Positions 37,101-45,889 of a DNA stretch of 64,000 nt are shown piece by piece (position 1 is the stretch's first letter; the number at the start of each line of letters is the position of its first letter). This stretch comes from an uncultured Oscillospiraceae bacterium (lineage in GTDB: Bacteria; Bacillota; Clostridia; Oscillospirales; Ruminococcaceae). Made by a program: the position numbers and the translations under genes. The stretch is taken from assembly GCA_910579125.1 (NCBI GenBank), contig CAJTTH010000015.1, forward strand, positions 777 through 64,776, in the 5' to 3' direction. The notes under the pieces are model-generated. The model was given only the letters and a program-made list of their open reading frames with translations. It had not been told where the DNA came from and made no database searches.

Positions 37101-37502
37101 TTACAGCTCTTCCGACTCGTCCTCGTCGAGCTCGAAAACAAGGTGCTTTCCACAGTTGGGGCAGTCCATGCCGCCCGCGTTCGCCTGCTCGTAATCGAAG
37201 CGGATAGCGTTTCCGCAGTTCGGGCAGACGGTCTCGTACATATCGGCAAGCTCGTCGTCGATATCGTCATAATAATCGTCGTCATCGTCCCCGCCGTAAA
37301 CCTCGTCCTCGAGATCCGCAAGACTCTCCTCGACGTCGGTCATTACCGAAGCAACGTCGTCAAGCTCCTCGTCAACCTCCGCGAGGTTCTCCGCGATGTC
37401 CGCGAGAACATCCAGAATGCCGTTCACTATCTTGTCGTCGGTATTCAAGCCCTCTGCGAGCCCTTTCAGATAAGATACTTTTTCACCAATAGTCATAGTC
37501 AA
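37101..37502 (-). CDS. Acidic zinc-ribbon protein (CD1247 N-terminal-domain-like), conserved neighbour of efp
   Basis: 133 aa, very acidic, with CPNCG...CPNCG. It lies 4 nt downstream of efp. Confidence 0.7.
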   Translation of the reverse strand: MTMTIGEKVSYLKGLAEGLNTDDKIVNGILDVLADIAENLAEVDEELDDVASVMTDVEESLADLEDEVYGGDDDDDYYDDIDDELADMYETVCPNCGNAIRFDYEQANAGGMDCPNCGKHLVFELDEDESEEL

Positions 37503-37506
37503 GACC

Positions 37507-38067
37507 TCACTTTACTCTTTCCATATACTCGCCCGTGCGGGTATCGATCCTGATGATCTCGCCCTCGTTAATGAACAGCGGAACGCGAATTTCAGCGCCC
37601 GTTTCGAGAGTAGCGGGCTTGGTAGCGTTTGTAGCGGTATTTCCTGCAAAACCGGGATCGGTCTGCGTAACCTGAAGCTCTACAAAGTTGGGCGGCTCAA
37701 CGCCGAAAACCTTGCCCTTGTATGACAACACCTTGCACATCATCTCTTCCTTAACGAACTTAAAGTTGTCGCCGACCTCGCTTGCGTTTACGGGAACGTC
37801 CTCGTAGGTCTCCTGATCCATAAAGTGGTACAGCTCACCGTCGGAGTAGGAATACTGCATATCCTTTCTCTCAACAAAAGCCGTGGGGAACTTTGCGGAC
37901 GGGTTGTAGGTCTTTTCAACCACCGAACCGGTAATTACGTTCTTGACCTTTGTACGGACGAACGCCGCGCCCTTGCCCGGCTTAACGTGCTGGAACTCGA
38001 TTATCTGCATTACGTTTCCGTCCTCTTCAAATGTCATTCCGTTTCTGAAATCTCCCGCTGTAATCAT
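37507..38067 (-). CDS. efp: Translation elongation factor P
   Basis: 186 aa from [10 protein letters not shown] with the [12 protein letters not shown] loop. The track ORF start at 38154 is an upstream extension. Confidence 0.95.
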   Translation of the reverse strand: MITAGDFRNGMTFEEDGNVMQIIEFQHVKPGKGAAFVRTKVKNVITGSVVEKTYNPSAKFPTAFVERKDMQYSYSDGELYHFMDQETYEDVPVNASEVGDNFKFVKEEMMCKVLSYKGKVFGVEPPNFVELQVTQTDPGFAGNTATNATKPATLETGAEIRVPLFINEGEIIRIDTRTGEYMERVK

Positions 38068-38144
38068 AGCGAACCTCCAAATAGTTTTTAAAAATAATTC
38101 ATTGACCCGAAAACAAAACTCGGGAAATACAAATCTCAATCTAT

Positions 38145-38173
38145 ATTGTACCAAATTTCCAACAATATTTCAA
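38145..38173 (-). promoter_or_regulatory. Sigma-A-type promoter upstream of efp
   Basis: Minus-sense TTGAAA, 17 nt, TGgTACAAT. Confidence 0.5.
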
Positions 38174-38247
38174 CCACTTTTTTAAAAAAATATTTAATTT
38201 CTTTATTTTTCGGGGAATTATCGGTCAGATACAATAATTCGGCATAC

Positions 38248-38272
38248 TAGAGCGTGTTCGCATTAACGCTCT
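38248..38272. repeat. 25-nt palindromic element, copy 2
   Basis: tAGAGCGTGTTCgCATTAACGCTCT is 24/25 identical to the reverse complement of 6379-6403. It overlaps the pepP-like stop codon by 2 nt. Confidence 0.8.
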
Positions 38273-39332
38273 AAATGTGAACCAGATTTTTCGTAGCGGC
38301 GGTGAGATCGGCGCAGCCCTCGTCGGTCAGCACCGCGATATCGCCCGTCTTTACGCCGAATTTGCCCATACTCACACCGCACACGGTCGAAAGCGCGGTC
38401 TTGGCTTTAAGCGTCGCGCCGCTGCCTTGACGCAGAAACGGCGGCTCTACAGCCTCAAGACCTATCCCGTGCGCGAAATTCACCGAGCAGTACTTATCCA
38501 CGCCCCAAGCGTTCAGCGTTGCCTTTGCGACGCTGTCAGCGACCTTGCCGCCTATTCCCGCGCGCAGTGTCCTCAAGCCGTCCTGCAACGCGCACGAGAC
38601 CGCGTTGTAGGCGTTTTCGCGCGTGGAGTCGACCGAGCCTACCGCGACCGTTCTGCACATTGAAGAGCAGTAGCCGCCCCACCTCGCGCCGAACTCCAGA
38701 ATAAGCATATCCCCGTCGCGTATCTGCCTGTCGGACGGTTTTGCGCGCTGGTCGGCTGTATTCTCGCCCGAAAGCGCCCTAGTCGGGAACGCCGTCTCCT
38801 CCGCGCCGAAATCCATAATATAAAAGCTCAGCAGCGCCGCTATCTGCCGCTCGGTCATTCCCTTGCGGACAGTGCCGAGAATGCGCTCATACGCCTTGTC
38901 GCATATCTTCTGCGCGTTGTAAATGGCGGCGATCTCCCCATCAGACTTCACCGTGCGCATCTGCACCAGCTTTTCGGAAAGCTCCTCCGAGGCGAGCACC
39001 TCGGCGTAATGAAGCTGCTCCTTATAGGTGTTGAACTCTGCGACAGTGATCTTGTCAGCCTCGGTGTAGATGTGCTTGATGCCATACTTTATCAGCAGAT
39101 CGAGCATTTGCCGTCCGGAGCTTAGCACCTGCACCGCAAAGCCCTCCGCCTTTTCGTTCGCGTACTCGAAATCCCTGCCCGTCACGAACAGTATGCTGTG
39201 TTCGCCGCATATCAGCAGAATGCCGTTCTCCACGGGAAACCCGCACATATACCGCAGCGACAGCGGCGAGGTTATCAGCGCCGCGCCGTTATAATCCGGC
39301 AGCCATTCCGCGATCCTGTCTACGTTGTTCAT
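38271..39332 (-). CDS. M24-family Xaa-Pro aminopeptidase
   Basis: 353 aa with creatinase/prolidase N-domain plus pita-bread fold motifs (HGIGLEAVEPP). Gene order aroQ, pepP, efp as in other Firmicutes. Confidence 0.85.
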   Translation of the reverse strand: MNNVDRIAEWLPDYNGAALITSPLSLRYMCGFPVENGILLICGEHSILFVTGRDFEYANEKAEGFAVQVLSSGRQMLDLLIKYGIKHIYTEADKITVAEFNTYKEQLHYAEVLASEELSEKLVQMRTVKSDGEIAAIYNAQKICDKAYERILGTVRKGMTERQIAALLSFYIMDFGAEETAFPTRALSGENTADQRAKPSDRQIRDGDMLILEFGARWGGYCSSMCRTVAVGSVDSTRENAYNAVSCALQDGLRTLRAGIGGKVADSVAKATLNAWGVDKYCSVNFAHGIGLEAVEPPFLRQGSGATLKAKTALSTVCGVSMGKFGVKTGDIAVLTDEGCADLTAATKNLVHI

Positions 39333-39769
39333 TTTTGTTCACCGAGAAGATAATCCAGTGCATGGAGCGCAAGAAGATAACTCACCTTGCCCAAGCCCGC
39401 GATACTCCCGCGGCAAACGGGCGCGATAACGCTGGTCTTGCGGAACTCGTCGCGGTTGTTGATGTTGCTGAGGTGAACCTCGATAACGGGAATTTTTATT
39501 GCCGCGATAGCGTCTCGGATAGCGTAGCTGTAATGAGTATACGCGCCCGCGTTGAGAATAACGCCGACACAGTCCAGCCGCGCGTCGTGCAGACGGTCGA
39601 TAATGCTGCCCTCGTTGCTGCTCTGGAAAAAGGACATATCGTAGCCCATGCCTTTAGCCTTTGTGAAAAGCTCGTCGTTTATCGCCTGCAGCGAATCCCC
39701 CCCGTAAACGGCAGGCTCGCGCTCGCCCAGAAGATTTAAGTTCGGACCGTTGATCACCAGAATTTTCAT
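39329..39769 (-). CDS. aroQ: Type II 3-dehydroquinate dehydratase
   Basis: 146 aa with INGPNLNLLGEREPAVYG. Confidence 0.95.
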   Translation of the reverse strand: MKILVINGPNLNLLGEREPAVYGGDSLQAINDELFTKAKGMGYDMSFFQSSNEGSIIDRLHDARLDCVGVILNAGAYTHYSYAIRDAIAAIKIPVIEVHLSNINNRDEFRKTSVIAPVCRGSIAGLGKVSYLLALHALDYLLGEQK

Positions 39770-39792
39770 AATTTCCTCCGTTTATTTTTTAT

Positions 39793-40632
39793 CTATAAGC
39801 TCTCATAATACTTTTTCATCTCGGCGGCGTCCTCGGCTTGAGTGCCGTCGCTCTCGCAGATTATCGAGGGCTGCAATTTACGCTTGTGAATTTCCTCCAT
39901 AAGCGGCTCATACGCGGGACCGTACTGCTCGTCCGCGAATGTTAAATGCCGTTTCTCGCCGCCTGCGGTGTACTCGATCTTGCTGAAATGAACGTGCATA
40001 TCCGACAGTCGCTCATGCCCAAGCTCGTTTTCAATGAGATCGAGCATTTTCGCGTAATCCTCCCGCGTTTTTATTCCGCCGAGAGTCCGCGCGTTCAGAT
40101 GCCCGAAATCCACTGTCGGCAAAAATCTTTCATCCACGCCGCACAACTCCAGAACCTCCTCGAGGGTGCCAAGCTGATTTATCTTGCCCATTGTCTCGGG
40201 ACAGATGATAATGTCCGAAAGCCCGTTCTCGTCCAGCGTTTTCTGCGCGAGCGCCAGCGTCTGCTTTGCGAGATAGGTCGCCTCGGCTCTCGTCATTTTC
40301 GAGCACGAACCGGAGTGAACCACTATCTTCCTCGCGCCGACGGATTTCGCCGCCTTTGCCGACTCGAGTATGTAGTTCACGCTGTTCAGGCGCTTCTCCT
40401 CCTCAACGGACGACAGCGAAATAAAATACGGCGCGTGGAGCGTAACGTAAATTTCGTTTTCCCCGGCGAGCTTCGGAAGATCGCGCACCGCCGCCTCGCT
40501 TACGCGAACGCCCCGCCCGCATTCGATCTCGTAGCCGTTAAGCCCGAATTCCTTTAAATATTGCGGCAGATCCGCGGGGAATTTCCGCTTTCCCCAGCTG
40601 ACGGAATTTCCGCCCGGTCCGAATGTAATCAT
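39793..40632 (-). CDS. Xylose-isomerase-like TIM-barrel protein (endonuclease IV / AP endonuclease 2-like)
   Basis: 279 aa. The spacing of His/Glu/Asp ligands (HAPY, VVHSG, HFSKIEY) resembles Nfo-type enzymes. Family-level call only. Confidence 0.55.
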   Translation of the reverse strand: MITFGPGGNSVSWGKRKFPADLPQYLKEFGLNGYEIECGRGVRVSEAAVRDLPKLAGENEIYVTLHAPYFISLSSVEEEKRLNSVNYILESAKAAKSVGARKIVVHSGSCSKMTRAEATYLAKQTLALAQKTLDENGLSDIIICPETMGKINQLGTLEEVLELCGVDERFLPTVDFGHLNARTLGGIKTREDYAKMLDLIENELGHERLSDMHVHFSKIEYTAGGEKRHLTFADEQYGPAYEPLMEEIHKRKLQPSIICESDGTQAEDAAEMKKYYESL

Positions 40633-41132
40633 TATTTCAACTCCAGATCATCGTAATTTCTGTGGAACACAAGGCTCTCTATCCGCCTTTTCAGACGGAA
40701 CGTCCATGTCTTTTCCAGATGAAACGGCTCAACAAGAACCGTCCGTACGCCCGCCAGATTGCCCGCCATAACGTCGGTGAATATCTGATCGCCCACCACC
40801 AGCGTCTCGGACTTTTTCGCGCCCATTGCCTTTATCGCGCGGTTCACGCCAAACGGTAAGGGCTTTGCGCCGTTAGCGGTATATTCCAGTCTGAGAACGG
40901 CGGCGAGCGGTTCTACACGCTTGTTGGTATTATTTGACACAACGCGCATTTTAATTCCCAGACCGCGCATTTTCTCCAGCCACTCCATAACGCCGTCCTC
41001 AGCGGCGGGGTTTCCATGCATGGAAAGCGTGTTGTCCATATCGAGAACCATTGCCGAAACGTTGTTCTCGTAAAGAAAGTTCTCGTCTATCTGCAAAACG
41101 TTTTTCAGCCAGAACGTCGGTTTAAAAAGCAT
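40632..41132 (-). CDS. yqeG: YqeG-family HAD-IIIA phosphatase
   Basis: 166 aa with DMDNTL, VVSNN and GDQIFTD motifs. Confidence 0.85.
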   Translation of the reverse strand: MLFKPTFWLKNVLQIDENFLYENNVSAMVLDMDNTLSMHGNPAAEDGVMEWLEKMRGLGIKMRVVSNNTNKRVEPLAAVLRLEYTANGAKPLPFGVNRAIKAMGAKKSETLVVGDQIFTDVMAGNLAGVRTVLVEPFHLEKTWTFRLKRRIESLVFHRNYDDLELK

Positions 41133-41550
41133 TTTTCCTCCTGCGAGTAAACTTTATCTGCGAGAAACCCAAAACCGCCTCGCGGGCATTTTCCTCGTCC
41201 TTTGTGTATACATTGAGCGACAAAAGCTCTCCGCCGGTGAAAAAACCCGCGCCGATACGGTAGACGCCGTCCGCACCCGACAAGGAGAACGCCTTGTAGT
41301 GCAAGTCCGTGATAACGTTTATCTCCTGCGCGTTTTCGGGAATGCTCTTCTCGAACGTCTCCTTCATTATGCGCTCGGGCGTAAGCTCCAGATCGGTCTC
41401 GGAATGGAACACGGACGCGTACAGCGTAGTTTCGTCCTCGGGATCCTCCGGATAAAAAATGTAGCTTCCGGTTTCTCTCTTTTCCATTATCCAGTTCTCC
41501 GGCACGGCGATCTCCCAACCGAAGTCAAGCTTAAAGTTTTTTAAAGCCAT
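41122..41550 (-). CDS. Hypothetical protein
   Basis: I prefer the start MALKNFKLDF at 41550, which has a strong GGGAGGAAG SD. Its stop overlaps the yqeG start by 11 nt. No motif recognised. Confidence 0.5.
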   Translation of the reverse strand: MALKNFKLDFGWEIAVPENWIMEKRETGSYIFYPEDPEDETTLYASVFHSETDLELTPERIMKETFEKSIPENAQEINVITDLHYKAFSLSGADGVYRIGAGFFTGGELLSLNVYTKDEENAREAVLGFSQIKFTRRRKNAF

Positions 41551-41602
41551 ACTTCCTCCCTCAGGCAGCTCTGTATAATTGGTGGTGAAAAAGGGCTTAA
41601 CA

Positions 41603-41631
41603 GCAATTAAAGCGGACAAAAACTGCCCGCT
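41603..41631 (-). terminator. Terminator-like hairpin after rpsU
   Basis: Minus-sense AGCGGGCA-gtttt-TGTCCGCT stem followed by a weak T-rich tail. Confidence 0.35.
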
Positions 41632-41660
41632 TCAACCGTTTTTCTGTTAATAAGCGCAAA

Positions 41661-41834
41661 TCAGAACTTGCGCTTGCGAGCAGCTTCGGACTTCTTTTTA
41701 CGTTTTACCGAAGGCTTTTCGTAATGCTCTCTTTTACGAACTTCAGCAAGAACGCCGTCCCTTGCGCATGAACGCTTGAAACGCTTAAGAGCAGTATCAA
41801 GAGATTCATTTTTACCAAGACGAATTTCTGCCAT
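41661..41834 (-). CDS. rpsU: 30S ribosomal protein S21
   Basis: Hand translation gives [57 protein letters not shown] (57 aa). Below the ORF-track length cutoff. GGGAGGGA SD. Confidence 0.9.
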   Translation of the reverse strand: MAEIRLGKNESLDTALKRFKRSCARDGVLAEVRKREHYEKPSVKRKKKSEAARKRKF

Positions 41835-41907
41835 TTATATTTCCCTCCCTTTGCCATCGGGCATAGGTTTCCTACAAATTAGTAGATATACATAGAGTAT
41901 ATGAGTT

Positions 41908-41936
41908 ATTATACAACATTCCCCTCAATTTGTCAA
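41908..41936 (-). promoter_or_regulatory. Consensus sigma-A promoter upstream of rpsU
   Basis: Minus-sense TTGACA, 17 nt, TATAAT. Confidence 0.55.
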
Positions 41937-42001
41937 GTGCTTATTGTGGGAAAATTATACGCTTTTGTTTTTTTGGCAATTATAGCCAAAAACTATCAAC
42001 A

Positions 42002-42358
42002 TTACTCGGTGATTATCCCCGAAATATCAACAGGTTCGCCGTCCGCCCAAAGGTGCTCGAGCTGATAAAACTCGCGCGTTTCCTCTAAGAAAACGTGTAC
42101 GATAACGTCGATATAATCCAGCACTATCCAATTACGGCTTTGTACGCCCTCAACGCTCTTGGGGGTAACTCCCGCCTGCTCCATTCGGTATTCCACCTCG
42201 TCGGCGAGCGCCTTGACCTGCGTGGTAGAGGACGCGGACGCTATCACGAAATAGTTGCCGAGTATCGTCAGATCGCCCACTTTAAGCGCGGTGATCTTTG
42301 TCGCCTTCTTGCTGTCAAGCGCCTTTACGGCTATTTCAAGTTCTTCTCTGTCGGTCAT
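42002..42358 (-). CDS. rsfS: Ribosome silencing factor RsfS
   Basis: 118 aa, Iojap-like. Gene order nadD, yqeK, rsfS. Confidence 0.9.
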   Translation of the reverse strand: MTDREELEIAVKALDSKKATKITALKVGDLTILGNYFVIASASSTTQVKALADEVEYRMEQAGVTPKSVEGVQSRNWIVLDYIDVIVHVFLEETREFYQLEHLWADGEPVDISGIITE

Positions 42359-42948
42359 AAACTCTCCTTGTTTTTATTGAATTGCAGATAATAGTTATAC
42401 GCTTCAAATGTTGAAAGCGGCAGCATACCGCATTTATTGCACACGCAGCTTATCTGATAGATGAGCGCCACGGACATTGCCAGATCAAGATCCTTGTAGC
42501 AGTACTCGCGCATTTTTTCAACGCCCTTGTAGCTGCGCTCCTCCGAGATCATATCGCCGAGATAGACGATCTTCTCAAGCGTGCTCATTCTCGCGCAGCC
42601 GACCGTGTGATAGCGTATCGCGCGAATGACCTCCGCGTCGTCGATCTTAAGCTCCTCGCGAACGTAATACCCGCCCGCAACACCGTGCCAGAGCGCCTTT
42701 GCGGCAAGCTCGGCGGGGTCGGGCGAAAGACAGCTGTCGACCGTATACTGCTTCTGCCGCTCGGGCAGATCCTCTTTCATTATGTCGTGCAGCATTCCCG
42801 CAAGGTAGCAGCGCTGTTTGTCCGCGCCGAACCTCTCCGCTAGCTTGAAGCACTCCTCCGCGACGTTCATGCTGTGCTGAAAGCGCTTTTTCGACAAGCG
42901 CTCCCTTAACAGCTCCTCGTAGCGGTCGTAATCCACATACTTACTCAA
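42355..42948 (-). CDS. yqeK: HD-domain bis(5'-nucleosyl)-tetraphosphatase YqeK
   Basis: HD motifs (RFQHSMNVAEE, GMLHDIMKE). The track ORF start at 43023 lies inside nadD. A TTG at 42948 with AGAGG 8 nt upstream is the more plausible start. Confidence 0.8.
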   Translation of the reverse strand: MSKYVDYDRYEELLRERLSKKRFQHSMNVAEECFKLAERFGADKQRCYLAGMLHDIMKEDLPERQKQYTVDSCLSPDPAELAAKALWHGVAGGYYVREELKIDDAEVIRAIRYHTVGCARMSTLEKIVYLGDMISEERSYKGVEKMREYCYKDLDLAMSVALIYQISCVCNKCGMLPLSTFEAYNYYLQFNKNKESL

Positions 42949-42952
42949 CTTC

Positions 42953-43549
42953 TCAACCTCTGTACAAATCGTTTGCCGCAATGTATTCCGCGACTTTCGG
43001 CGGAACAAGCTCCGAAATATCACCGCCGTCGGCTATTCTTCGGCGTATTTCCGTTGACGAAACATCCACAATGCTCGTCGGCAGAACCTTTACCCTGCCC
43101 ATTTCCGCCGCGAATTCAAGCATATCCGTGAAATTATCGCCGCCGCGCGCGACCGCGCAAACCTTGCTCTCCTTGAGTATGCTCTCGTACTTGAACCACT
43201 CCTTGAACGAAAACAGCATATCACCGCCGATAAGCAGATAAAACTGCTCCCCGGGGAACTGCCGCGCAAGCTCGCGTATCGTGTTTATCGTGTAGCTCAC
43301 GCCGCCCATTTTCCGCTCTATATCGCTTATCGTGATCTCGCACTTGTCCGAGATACCATTGAACGCCTGTACGCACATATCCATGCGAGTATCGAACGGC
43401 AGCAGCTTTGTAGCCTTATGCGGCGGCTCAAACGTCGGGATAACCAACAGCTTTCGCAATTTAAGCTGCTCTATCGCTTCCTTGGCGAGATGAACATGCC
43501 CGTTATGCACGGGATTGAACGCTCCGCCGAAAATTCCCGTCTTAATCAA
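42953..43549 (-). CDS. nadD: Nicotinate-nucleotide adenylyltransferase
   Basis: 198 aa with the GGAFNPVHNGH motif. Confidence 0.95.
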   Translation of the reverse strand: MIKTGIFGGAFNPVHNGHVHLAKEAIEQLKLRKLLVIPTFEPPHKATKLLPFDTRMDMCVQAFNGISDKCEITISDIERKMGGVSYTINTIRELARQFPGEQFYLLIGGDMLFSFKEWFKYESILKESKVCAVARGGDNFTDMLEFAAEMGRVKVLPTSIVDVSSTEIRRRIADGGDISELVPPKVAEYIAANDLYRG

Positions 43550-43838
43550 GCTCGATCACCCGCTTCTTGGGGTCGCGGCTTCTGCGCCAGAGCACGAACT
43601 TCCGCCCGATGACCGCGACTGTATCCGCACCGAGCTGCGGCGCGATAATATCCGCCGCCTCGCGCGCGTTGTACTCGCAGCTCTCCTGAACCCCTATTTT
43701 GATAAGCTCGCGCGCGTTTATCGCGTGTTCGAGCTGATTTATTATCTCGTCGGTAATGCCGAGCTTTCCGATATAAAATATCGGATTATAGCTCTGCGCG
43801 ATCGAGCGCAAATGCGCCCGTTGTTTACTTGTAAGCAT
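43542..43838 (-). CDS. yhbY: CRS1/YhbY RNA-binding ribosome-assembly protein
   Basis: 98 aa. The LTSKQRAHLRSIAQ...IGKLGIT pattern is typical of YhbY/YqeI. Confidence 0.85.
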   Translation of the reverse strand: MLTSKQRAHLRSIAQSYNPIFYIGKLGITDEIINQLEHAINARELIKIGVQESCEYNAREAADIIAPQLGADTVAVIGRKFVLWRRSRDPKKRVIELD

Positions 43839-44477
43839 TTATGAAAATTTCTCCTCCAGTATCTTGGAAAGCTGTCCGAACGCGTTTGCGCGGTGAGAGA
43901 TCTTGTTCTTTTCCTCCTCGCCGATAGTCGCCATGCTCTCGTCGTCGTTCAGCATGAAGATCGGATCGTAGCCGAAACCGTTCTTGCCCTTGGGTTTTTC
44001 GCCTATGTAGCCGCCGACCTCGCCCCTTACGGAATACTCGTCGTCCTCCGCGTATATGAAATAAATCGAGCATACAAATCTTGCGTCGCGAAGCTCCCTC
44101 GCAACGCCGTGCATCTCGTCCAGAACCTTTTGGCAGCGCTCCCTGTCGCTTGCGCCCTCGCCCGCGTAACGCGCCGAATACACTCCCGGAGCGCCGTCCA
44201 GAAAGTCTATCTCCAGACCGCTGTCGTCCGCGATAGTCGGCGTTTTCGTCGCCTCCCAAACCGCGCGCGCCTTGATATGCGCGTTCTCCTCGAACGTATC
44301 GCCGTCCTCGACGATATCACCGTCAAAGCCCGCGTCGCGCATAGACACGACCTCGAACCCGAACGGCGACAGAAGCTCCTTGAATTCGCGTATTTTCCCC
44401 GCGTTATTGGAAGCGATTATCAATCGTTTTCGTTCGGGAACCGTACCTTGTTCTTCACTCGATCGTTGATGTTCCAT
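43839..44477 (-). CDS. rdgB: Non-canonical purine NTP pyrophosphatase (RdgB/HAM1)
   Basis: 212 aa with IASNNAGKIREF and FGYDPIF motifs. Confidence 0.9.
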   Translation of the reverse strand: MEHQRSSEEQGTVPERKRLIIASNNAGKIREFKELLSPFGFEVVSMRDAGFDGDIVEDGDTFEENAHIKARAVWEATKTPTIADDSGLEIDFLDGAPGVYSARYAGEGASDRERCQKVLDEMHGVARELRDARFVCSIYFIYAEDDEYSVRGEVGGYIGEKPKGKNGFGYDPIFMLNDDESMATIGEEEKNKISHRANAFGQLSKILEEKFS

Positions 44478-44528
44478 AAAATTGTTCCTTTCGCAAAAAT
44501 TGTTATCTTTTATTATAACACATTTTTT

Positions 44529-44750
44529 TCAATATGTCAATACCTTGATCGTTTGCTTGGACTGAGCGATAAATTGCGATTTAACCAAGTCATCTGTTTT
44601 CAAAAGCAGAGCCTGGTGGGACTCTTTGAGCTCGTTTGCAGCTTTCAAGATTTTAGCGCTTTCTCTCTGCTGCTCCAACGAAGGAATATCAAACTCCGGC
44701 TCTTTCAGAGTTTTCCAGTTAACAGTAGGTGAAAGAGAGCCTACAGATAT
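44529..44750 (-). pseudogene. Orphan fragment of a type I restriction-modification specificity subunit (HsdS conserved region)
   Basis: A 73-codon open frame with no start codon; a TAA closes it directly upstream. It reads ...NWKTLKEPEFDIPSLEQQRESAKILKAANELKESHQALLLKTDDLVKSQFI..., matching the conserved HsdS coiled-coil spacer pattern (F-x-hP-S/P-L-x-EQ ... LhxS-x-F). The segment is AT-rich. Confidence 0.5.
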
Positions 44751-44770
44751 TTACGATTTTTCGCTTTGAT

Positions 44771-45877
44771 TTAATCGAACAGCGCGTTTACGTAATCTTC
44801 GGGGATAAACTCCTGCAAATCCTCTATCTTCTCGCCCACGCCGACCAGCTTCACGGGCAGACCAAGCTCGTTCTTGATAGGTATAATTATGCCGCCCTTT
44901 GCCGTGCCGTCGAGCTTCGTGAGAACTATCCCCGTGATGTCGGCGGTCTCGTTGAACAAACGCGCCTGATTTACCGCGTTCTGCCCAGTCGTCGCGTCGA
45001 GAACGAGCAGCGTTTCCACGCTCGCCTCGGGGAGCTCGCGCGAAATAATCCTCGCAATCTTTTTCAGCTCCTCCATGAGATTTTTCTTGTTGTGCAGACG
45101 CCCCGCCGTATCGCACAACACGATATCCGCGCCGCGCGCCTTTGCCGCCGAGATAGCGTCGAACACGACTGCCGCAGGGTCGCTGCCCTCGCCGTGCTTG
45201 ACGATCTCCACGCCCGCGCGCTCCGTCCAGACGTTGAGCTGGTCGATAGCCGCCGCGCGAAACGTGTCAGCCGCCGCCACGATTACCTTGTTGCCGCCCG
45301 CCTTGAAACGCGCCGCCATTTTGCCGATAGTCGTGGTTTTTCCCGCGCCGTTCACTCCGATGACCATTATCACCGACGGCTTGGTCTCGAGCTTCATCTC
45401 GTTGCCGCCCGTGAGTATCTCCGAAATAATGTTCTTCAGCATCTGCTTTACGTCCGCGGGCTCGGTCGTTCCCGTGCGCTTTACCTCGGCGCGGAGCTTG
45501 CCGCATATATCCGCGCTCGTTTCCGCGCCGATATCGGAAAGTATCAGCGTTTCCTCCAGCTCGTCGAAGAAGTCCTCGTCTATCTTCGTGAACGAATTTA
45601 TCAGCAGCTCGACCTTATTGACAAAGCCGTCCTTGGTCTTTTTCAAGCCCTCGCGCAGCCTGTACAGACTCTCTTCCTTTTGCTGAGCCTCATACTCCTC
45701 CATATACTCGATATCCGACTCATGGTCGGTGAATATGGGAGCACCGCCCTGCAAGCGCTCCAGCAGCGACGAACGCCCGCCGTTGTCCGCGCTTTCCGTG
45801 TTTTCTGCGCTTTGAACGTTCTCCTCCTCGGGAACATCAACTATCTTTTTTCTCTTGAATTTATCAAATAATCCCAT
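44771..45877 (-). CDS. ftsY: Signal recognition particle receptor FtsY
   Basis: 368 aa with an acidic N-domain and an SRP-GTPase domain ([23 protein letters not shown]). Confidence 0.95.
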   Translation of the reverse strand: MGLFDKFKRKKIVDVPEEENVQSAENTESADNGGRSSLLERLQGGAPIFTDHESDIEYMEEYEAQQKEESLYRLREGLKKTKDGFVNKVELLINSFTKIDEDFFDELEETLILSDIGAETSADICGKLRAEVKRTGTTEPADVKQMLKNIISEILTGGNEMKLETKPSVIMVIGVNGAGKTTTIGKMAARFKAGGNKVIVAAADTFRAAAIDQLNVWTERAGVEIVKHGEGSDPAAVVFDAISAAKARGADIVLCDTAGRLHNKKNLMEELKKIARIISRELPEASVETLLVLDATTGQNAVNQARLFNETADITGIVLTKLDGTAKGGIIIPIKNELGLPVKLVGVGEKIEDLQEFIPEDYVNALFD

Positions 45878-45889
45878 TATCGGTACTCC

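Noticed and set aside
37016-37321. The N-terminal 102 codons of the 469-aa track ORF 35912-37321, an extension of hisC.
   Set aside because: The extension is Thr/Ser/Arg-rich nonsense and overlaps the well-supported zinc-ribbon gene in another frame. A GGAGG SD precedes the internal ATG at 37015, which begins a normal HisC N-terminus.
41105-41518. A 137-aa ORF overlapping the 41122-41550 hypothetical gene in another frame.
   Set aside because: It has Arg/Gly-rich shadow-frame composition. The alternative frame has a strong SD and a plausible globular composition.
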